Both the position numbers and the translations under genes were made by a program. The notes under the pieces are model-generated. The model was not told the origin of the DNA, searched no databases, and was given only the letters and a program-made list of their open reading frames with translations. From assembly GCA_965197925.1 (NCBI GenBank), contig CBDAOC010000020.1, positions 768,001 through 832,000 of the forward strand: 64,000 nt of DNA, in the 5' to 3' direction. Positions 57,647 through 64,000 of the stretch are shown in pieces (positions within the stretch are counted from its first letter, which is position 1; each line of letters opens with the position of its first letter). The stretch is from Nitrososphaerales archaeon. Lineage in GTDB: Archaea; Thermoproteota; Nitrososphaeria; Nitrososphaerales; UBA213.

Positions 57647-57986
57647 GTCAATTGATATGGCCTTGAACCTTCTGTCGAATGTTCTTCTGTCTGGCAACCT
57701 ATCCAAACCACATACCCCATTACCTTCCTGTTGTATGGCATGTCTATCGAAAAGTATTCATGCAAAGCATTGTTGCTTGGTATTCTTACCCATACTCTAA
57801 CGATGAAGCATCTACCATAACTGTAGGAGAATAGTAGAATGGTCTACCCCTTTTCCTATTAGGTTTTGACCGAATCACGTCAATCAAAAATAATATACGA
57901 AGGAGTATCGAGTCTGGGCTAGACACATTACCAATATGAACTGGAACCTGATCTTATCGTTTCGAACTAAATTACGCCCAAGCCTC
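57647..57986 (-). mobile_element. IS-A left-end fragment truncated by IS-C
   Basis: Ends TTACGCCCAAGCCTC, followed by AAGTATTT. Confidence 0.9.
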
Positions 57987-59200
57987 AAGTATTTAAGAAA
58001 TTGAACCAGTCAAGTACTGACCGGATCTTTACAGATATTGCAGAAAAGATATTGTAAATAGCTTGAACTGGAATGGATAATGCATCACTGATCTTATTCC
58101 GTATATCCCCGAATAATGATAGTATTGATGTAACTGGGTCTTCGAATATCGCAGATATCTTAGTTTTTATATTCTCGAATAATGTTTTTATGAATGCAAC
58201 CGGGCCTTCTAATGTCTCCAATATCTTATCCTTAATATCTACAAAGGCGTTCACGAAAGAGTTCCAAGCTGGGAGTATGGTATCCCCCAGTACCGTTAAT
58301 ACATTCGACCAAAATTCCTCGAAGAAAAACCAGGCCGTGTTTATTATGCTGTCAAAACTCTGCTTAACCTTCAACCAGAAGATCTGCATTCTTTTCCTAG
58401 CAGGTTCTAGTATTTCATTGATATTCTTACTTGATGTATCGAAAAAGGTTGCAGCTTTCTCCCAGTTCGTGCTAGCTGCTTCTACACTACTGCGTGCTTT
58501 ATCTGAAGAGTTTTCGATATTCTCCCAGTTCTCACTGACTCCTCCTGCATCTGGAAACTAGGGGAATAGATACTGGCCTATCCATTTGTATAATTCCTCC
58601 AATCCTATTCTCTGTACCTCGAATGGATCAATGTTACTAGCCTGTTTCTTTTTCTCCTCAATGTCTTCAGGCAGTTCATCGGACGTCAAGTATTACTCCA
58701 ACTAATTTCTTGATATCCGCCCCAAATCCTGTTCCCAAACCTTTGAAAATTGGATAGACCCATGTGTAAAATGGGTGGATAACTTCAGTTAGCAGTAAGA
58801 TCATGACAGGCCTCAGCAAGAGTCCAAGGAAGTCTGCGATGGGTTTTAAGAGCAGCGTTATTGAGTTTTTCATAAGCTTGAACGTTCCCTGAAGGACACC
58901 ACTGGACTTTACGGCAAGTGCACCTAGCGTAGCTATACCAACCGCAATCCCCCCCAATTTGAGGAGTGATCCGCCCATGCCCTTCATCTGCGTTAACATG
59001 GATTTGCTAGCTGGCACTTGTTCATTGATATTTTTCTGCATCGTCTGAGTGAATTGGTTCAGCTTCTTGAATTGGCCTGCTTGAGGATTGACGCCAACCC
59101 TCACAGAACCGGGCTTGAACGCCTTCTCTATCGCTCTTACCTGTTTTTCTAGTTCAGTGCTCTTTAATCTTAAGTGAAGGGTTAATTGTTCTGAGGACAT
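57987..59200 (-). pseudogene. Tail tape-measure-like protein remnant (probable provirus relic)
   Basis: N-terminal LTLHLRL...helical region, Gly/Ala-rich hydrophobic stretch, then 22-aa amphipathic repeats (PV..I..LF..I..KI); one frameshift, one TAG, 3' end cut by IS-A. Confidence 0.65.
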
Positions 59201-59376
59201 TATATTACATATTTTTCAAATCTCTTAAATGAGAGAACTAATCATAACTCCTGCATCATTTTTTACTCAAAAAAGGCCTTATTTTGTCATTTTTGCTACC
59301 TAGCTCTGCGTAAATGCGGGTGGTGGGTAGGTATCTGGCAAAGTTAATAATAATTAATAGTATACAACAGTTAACT

Positions 59377-59701
59377 CTTGAACCTTCTGTCTAATGTTCT
59401 TTTATCTGGCAACCTATCAAGACCACATGCCTTCATTACCTTCCTGTTGTATGGCATGTCTATCGAAAAGTATTGATGTAACACATTGTTGCTTGGTATT
59501 CTTACCCATACTCTAACGATGAAGCATCTACCATAACTGTAGGAGAATAGTAGAATGGTCTACCCTTTTCCTATTAGGTTTTGACCGAATCACGTCAATC
59601 AAAAATAATATACGAAGGAGTATCGAGTCTGGGCTAGACATATTAACAATGAAAATTGAAACCTGATCTTATCGTTTCGAACTAAATTATGCCCAAGCCT
59701 C
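59377..59701 (-). mobile_element. IS-A left-end fragment
   Basis: Ends TTATGCCCAAGCCTC, followed by AATTAACT. Confidence 0.9.
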
Positions 59702-59786
59702 AATTAACTTTACAATGAGTGTAAAAGTAAAGTTGCGGCTTGACTCTTATAGACATCTTCTAGTGTCCTAATAAATCAATCTCTAA

Positions 59787-60998
59787 TTATCCGTCTACCA
59801 CAACTTCGTCCTTCCTGTAGCTCCATTTCAGTAAAATTGGAGTCAGGATTGTTGTAACCGCTACCATCAATATAACTACAGTATAGATATCACCTGTTAG
59901 CACACCCGAGGTAACACCTACACCCGCGACGATCAACCCAACTTCACCTCTAGAAACCATCCCTATTCCTACCCTCATCGACCTCTCTTTGTTCTTCAAG
60001 AATAGCATTGCCGGCAGGCCACAACCAACTATCTTTGTCACTATTGCAATTCCTATTAGTACAACTCCCAGTAGCAAAACATTTTGATTTAGTCCAGTTA
60101 AATTTACCTGTGCACCAATAATTGCAAAGAACAATGGCGCAAAAATAAATTCCAACTTTCCAACATATTCCTCTAATCTCTTTAGAATAGGTGTACTTGC
60201 CAGTGCCATTCCAGCTGCAAATGCGCCAACGATTGGGGAAAGTCCAGCTAGTGTTGCAAGAGCTGCTATTCCAAAGAATGCTGCAGTTGCTACTGCTTCC
60301 ACACTGCCTTTTGCTTTCCAGAGATCAGCTCTTGCGACCACCTTTGGCAAGACAATAATTGCCGCTATCAACAGTATCGCGAATAGTCCAAGAACCTTTA
60401 ATATAAGAAACGTTATTTCTACTGGATCAATTGTAACTCCATGTTGAACCATTGACGTTACTACAGACAGAACTGCAAGAGCTAGTATGTCATCGACAAT
60501 AGCAGCCCCCAAGATCAATCTTGCTTCTGGTGCCTGTAACTTTCCAAGCTGGGTCAACACCTGAACAGATATCGCAATGCTTGTTGCAGTAAGCGCTGTT
60601 GCAACGAGCATTGCCTGCAATGCTTCGTATCCAAAGAGGGTGAAGATATAATAACCAGCAAAGAAGGGTAAAACCACACCTATAGAGCCTACCGTAAAAA
60701 AAGATGTACCGCCTTTGAAAAATTCTCTTGGTGTTATATGCATTCCAGCAATAAAGAGAATCACGATTGCACCTATTTCACCAATTACTCGAATTGGTTC
60801 GTTAAGTTCTATCAATGGCCCTCCATTGAAAAGGTGTAAACCCCCAAGAGCGAATGGACCGATTATTATACCGGCTGTTAACTCACCTAACACAATAGGT
60901 AATTTGATACGGTTGAATCCCTCTGCTAGAAGTTTGGCAGCAAATAAAAAGAGGCAAATGGTTATAATGGTTCGTAAAAACTCTGATTCAACTGCCAA
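59787..60998 (-). CDS. Cation:proton antiporter (CPA2/NapA-type)
   Basis: ATALTATSIAIS, AAIVDDILAL, GMVSRGEVGLI. Confidence 0.93.
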   Translation of the reverse strand: MAVESEFLRTIITICLFLFAAKLLAEGFNRIKLPIVLGELTAGIIIGPFALGGLHLFNGGPLIELNEPIRVIGEIGAIVILFIAGMHITPREFFKGGTSFFTVGSIGVVLPFFAGYYIFTLFGYEALQAMLVATALTATSIAISVQVLTQLGKLQAPEARLILGAAIVDDILALAVLSVVTSMVQHGVTIDPVEITFLILKVLGLFAILLIAAIIVLPKVVARADLWKAKGSVEAVATAAFFGIAALATLAGLSPIVGAFAAGMALASTPILKRLEEYVGKLEFIFAPLFFAIIGAQVNLTGLNQNVLLLGVVLIGIAIVTKIVGCGLPAMLFLKNKERSMRVGIGMVSRGEVGLIVAGVGVTSGVLTGDIYTVVILMVAVTTILTPILLKWSYRKDEVVVDG

Positions 60999-61354
60999 TT
61001 TACTCTTTAGTGAATAAGGGTGATTTAAAATACATTGGCAAAATGAATAAGTAAATTATCATTGGCGATTCTGTTTCCCTCTCAAAACTATAAACGATAT
61101 ATCATTACTTTATAGAAACTATCCTCTCTTAATATTCAAATTCGCGCAAACATTTTGTAATGTAGAATTTCTGGAACTAAAATCCACTGTTGTGTAAGTT
61201 AAAATAAAGAGTTATGGTAGTTAGCTCTGATGTAGTTCATGGGTGGACCGAAGGAAATGAAATTATCGTGTTAGCATTGGCACAGTAACTACAACAGCGC
61301 TACTTTACCTCATTTTTCATCAAGCTTAAATGGATGCAAAGTTTGATTTGATCG

Positions 61355-62152
61355 ATGAATAGGTCTGTAGAAATAATCAGTATTGGCAACGAACTTTTAG
61401 AAGGTCATACGCTGAATACTAATGCACATTGGTTGGCTAGTATAATAACAGGTAATGGTGGTGTCATAAGAAGAATCACAGTTGTTCGTGATGAAATCGA
61501 TGAAATAGCTGATTCTGTAAGGGAATCTATTGGAAGGAAATGTTCGTGGATAGTAGTATCAGGGGGCTTAGGTCCTACCTATGATGATAAGACACTGCAG
61601 GGTTTAGCAAAAGCACTTGGGCGAAAGCTGACAGTAAATAAAGAGGCGATTAGTATGCTGAAACGCGAATATTTGAAGATATCAAATCCCATCCTTACTG
61701 CTCCCCGTTACAAGATGGCGAAATTGCCTAGTGGTTCAAAAGCATTAGAAAATATGGTAGGGCATGCTCCAGGGGTTATGGTAAAACATGGATCATGTAC
61801 CATATTTGTAGTCCCTGGAGTTCCACAAGAATTAAAGTCTATATTCTCTATGCAAGTACTTCCCATCCTAAAGCGGAGAATTGGAAGGTACGTGAGGGAG
61901 GAGAGAGTTCTTGAAGTAAAAGAAGTGATGGAATCTGTACTCGCTCCATATCTTGATATAGTTGTCGCTAAAAATCCAAATGTTTATGTGAAATCACATC
62001 CTAAGGAATTTAACAAAGGGGTATCAACATTAAATATTAATATTACTGCAGAAGCCAGTGACAAAAGAACTGTTAAAAGATATTTAATAATAGCGGTTCG
62101 CCAGATGAGGCTTCATATTAAAGAAGCTGGTGGAAAAGTAAGACAGATCTGA
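61355..62152 (+). CDS. CinA N-terminal-like molybdopterin-binding domain protein (COG1058)
   Basis: IGNELLEG..LNTNAHWL, SGGLGPTYDDKT, PGVPQE. Confidence 0.9.
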   Translation: MNRSVEIISIGNELLEGHTLNTNAHWLASIITGNGGVIRRITVVRDEIDEIADSVRESIGRKCSWIVVSGGLGPTYDDKTLQGLAKALGRKLTVNKEAISMLKREYLKISNPILTAPRYKMAKLPSGSKALENMVGHAPGVMVKHGSCTIFVVPGVPQELKSIFSMQVLPILKRRIGRYVREERVLEVKEVMESVLAPYLDIVVAKNPNVYVKSHPKEFNKGVSTLNINITAEASDKRTVKRYLIIAVRQMRLHIKEAGGKVRQI

Positions 62153-62649
62153 ACACAGAGATGTCATCTGCCCTGCAAGCATCACCAACTTTTTGTAAAT
62201 TAGGGAAAGAGTAAATTGATAACCGAAGCAAGAACCTAATCTTTGAAGACAATTACTACTGGACTTTTCAGAATTGGGGGAACTGTTAATTTCCAAATGA
62301 TATTTGTGTGGATGGGAATGCAGCTAAGACAAGGTATAATTAACTTTCGAAGGAATAGATTGAAATCAAGAATCAGATGTGTAACATAATATTACAAATA
62401 CCTGCAGGGAGAATAATATGTTATCTACGAATAAATAGGTGGAAATCAGATGATGAGAAATAAGTTAATTACCTTGGACAATAACCCCGAGGACCTTTTG
62501 CTAGAAAAAATCACCTAGTATTGCGCTCTTATCCTGAACATTATCCGTTGATTCAAACCAAGGGTAATGCATGCTTGGGGATGAACTGCCGTTCAGTCAT
62601 GTTTTCCAGAGAAATAAGAATTTCATTATAATGTCTAATCAATAGGCAA

Positions 62650-62723
62650 TGGGTGCGGTCGGATTTGAACCGACGACCACCTGCGTGTAAGGCAGGTATC
62701 CTAACCAGCTAGACGACGCACCC
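62650..62723 (-). tRNA. tRNA-Val(UAC), intronless
   Basis: GGGTGCG...CCTGC-CTTACAC-GCAGG...GGTTCAAATCC...CGCACCC-A. Confidence 0.96.
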
Positions 62724-63141
62724 TGCAGATTATCAGAACAGAATAAATCATTTAAAGCTTGGTTGTAACCAAGGAATTTTTAAATCTACATAAAAAAATT
62801 GGGTTGCTCGTTTTTTTCCTCTACAGCACTTTGCTTTTCAACTATCAATTATTTGCCTTGCTGTAGGCTCCATTTTGCGTGTCTAACAACAATTATTAAT
62901 GACAAGAACGATAAAGGATTTTGTTATTTTCTTATGATTCAATGTAATAGATTGAATAATATCACTAAAAACTGATTAACAAGCGTAAACAACACGAAAA
63001 TGATGAAAATATTGTACTCCAGGCCGATACGATTGGAAAAACCTATGTCTGCCGGAGATAGGAATGTGATTAGTAATTTTACTTGATGATGTTAATAATC
63101 TATATTTCATAATTTATAAGAAAGTTAATAATAAATATGGC

Positions 63142-63525
63142 ATGCCAATCGTAAGCATTTCCATAAATGATGAAATGCTTGATGAAGTCGATAAAATGAT
63201 GAAGGAGCTCGGTTTTGCTGGGAGGTCAGAATTGGTTCGCGCAGGTATAAGAAGTCTTATTTCAGAAGAAAGAGAACGACAAGATCTGTTGGGAACACTC
63301 CATGCTTTGCTTCTTGTTATTCACAATGAAGAATCAGAACAAGAGGTGACCAAGTCAAAACATACTTTTGATGATTTGATCGGTACTCATCTACATAGCA
63401 AGATAAATAACAACAAATGTTTGGAAATATTCTTGCTTAGTGGCGAAGCCGATAAGATCAAGAATATGACCAAAGAATTTCAAATAAATAGGAAGATGGA
63501 TCGCGTTAAATTAATTCCAATGTAA
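63142..63525 (+). CDS. nikR: NikR-family ribbon-helix-helix metal-responsive regulator
   Basis: IVSISI...GRSELVRAGIR; H...HxH...C ligand pattern (KHTF...THLH...KCLE). Confidence 0.85.
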   Translation: MPIVSISINDEMLDEVDKMMKELGFAGRSELVRAGIRSLISEERERQDLLGTLHALLLVIHNEESEQEVTKSKHTFDDLIGTHLHSKINNNKCLEIFLLSGEADKIKNMTKEFQINRKMDRVKLIPM

Positions 63526-63539
63526 ATAGATTCTATGAA

Positions 63540-64000
63540 ATGAGCAGCAATCTGTTCTTCTTCACAAGTCCTATAGGTCTTGGTCATGCTGCCAGGGACA
63601 TAGTAATAGCATCAAAATTGGATGCGACTATGACATTTGTGAGCGGCCAACCAGCATCAAGGCTAATCAGTGACTACGGTTTTCTGGTTAAGGATCTTTA
63701 CAAATACAGAGGATTCAAAGTTGATGAATCTGGTAGATTGAAATATAGATCCATCTGGCTCATGAAATACTGGTTATTTTACAAAAGATGCAAAGATGTC
63801 TCAAGGCACCTCATAAATGATGAAAAAACTAAAGTCGTAATAGCAGACGAGGATTTCGCTGCAACCTCAATAGCTCAAGAAAATAGTATTCCCAATGTTA
63901 TGATTACGGACTTTTTTGAAACTAGTTTCACAAAAGGTAAACTATTCTCACCAATAGAAAAGAAAATGAATAAAGTTATGAAGAATATTATAAGTAAATC
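63540..64000 (+). CDS. GT-B glycosyltransferase (family 28-like), runs off the window end
   Basis: MSSNLFFFTSPIGLGHAARD...VIADEDFA...IPNVMITD; frame open to the window edge. Confidence 0.8.
   Translation, partial: MSSNLFFFTSPIGLGHAARDIVIASKLDATMTFVSGQPASRLISDYGFLVKDLYKYRGFKVDESGRLKYRSIWLMKYWLFYKRCKDVSRHLINDEKTKVVIADEDFAATSIAQENSIPNVMITDFFETSFTKGKLFSPIEKKMNKVMKNIISK

Overview
AT-rich archaeal chromosome segment. Gene content points to Nitrososphaerota (Thaumarchaeota): a PEF-CTERM cupredoxin, SlaA-like surface domains, a thermosome subunit, a DUF1998 helicase and archaeal tRNAs. The region is heavily eroded. It carries about a dozen whole or partial IS copies of three families, including a triple-nested insertion, and many pseudogenes broken by nonsense codons, frameshifts and short tandem duplications. 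Housekeeping genes (thermosome, helicase, signal peptidase, TatA, antiporter, NikR, CinA-like) remain intact. Highlights: (1) an unexplained non-coding array of about two dozen ACGTTA(T) boxes arranged as a large inverted repeat near 19.2-19.6 kb; (2) a tRNA-Lys(UUU) with two introns (30/31 and 37/38) beside a probable integrase scar; (3) a membrane-anchored wHTH regulator between two sister cupredoxins, one lacking the axial Met and fused to an S-layer domain; (4) a tape-measure-like viral remnant trapped between IS ends; (5) an IS family with an 8-bp ANNTANNT target whose mismatched flanks record rearrangements. No CRISPR array or rRNA was seen. All family assignments come from motif recognition by eye; no database search was run.
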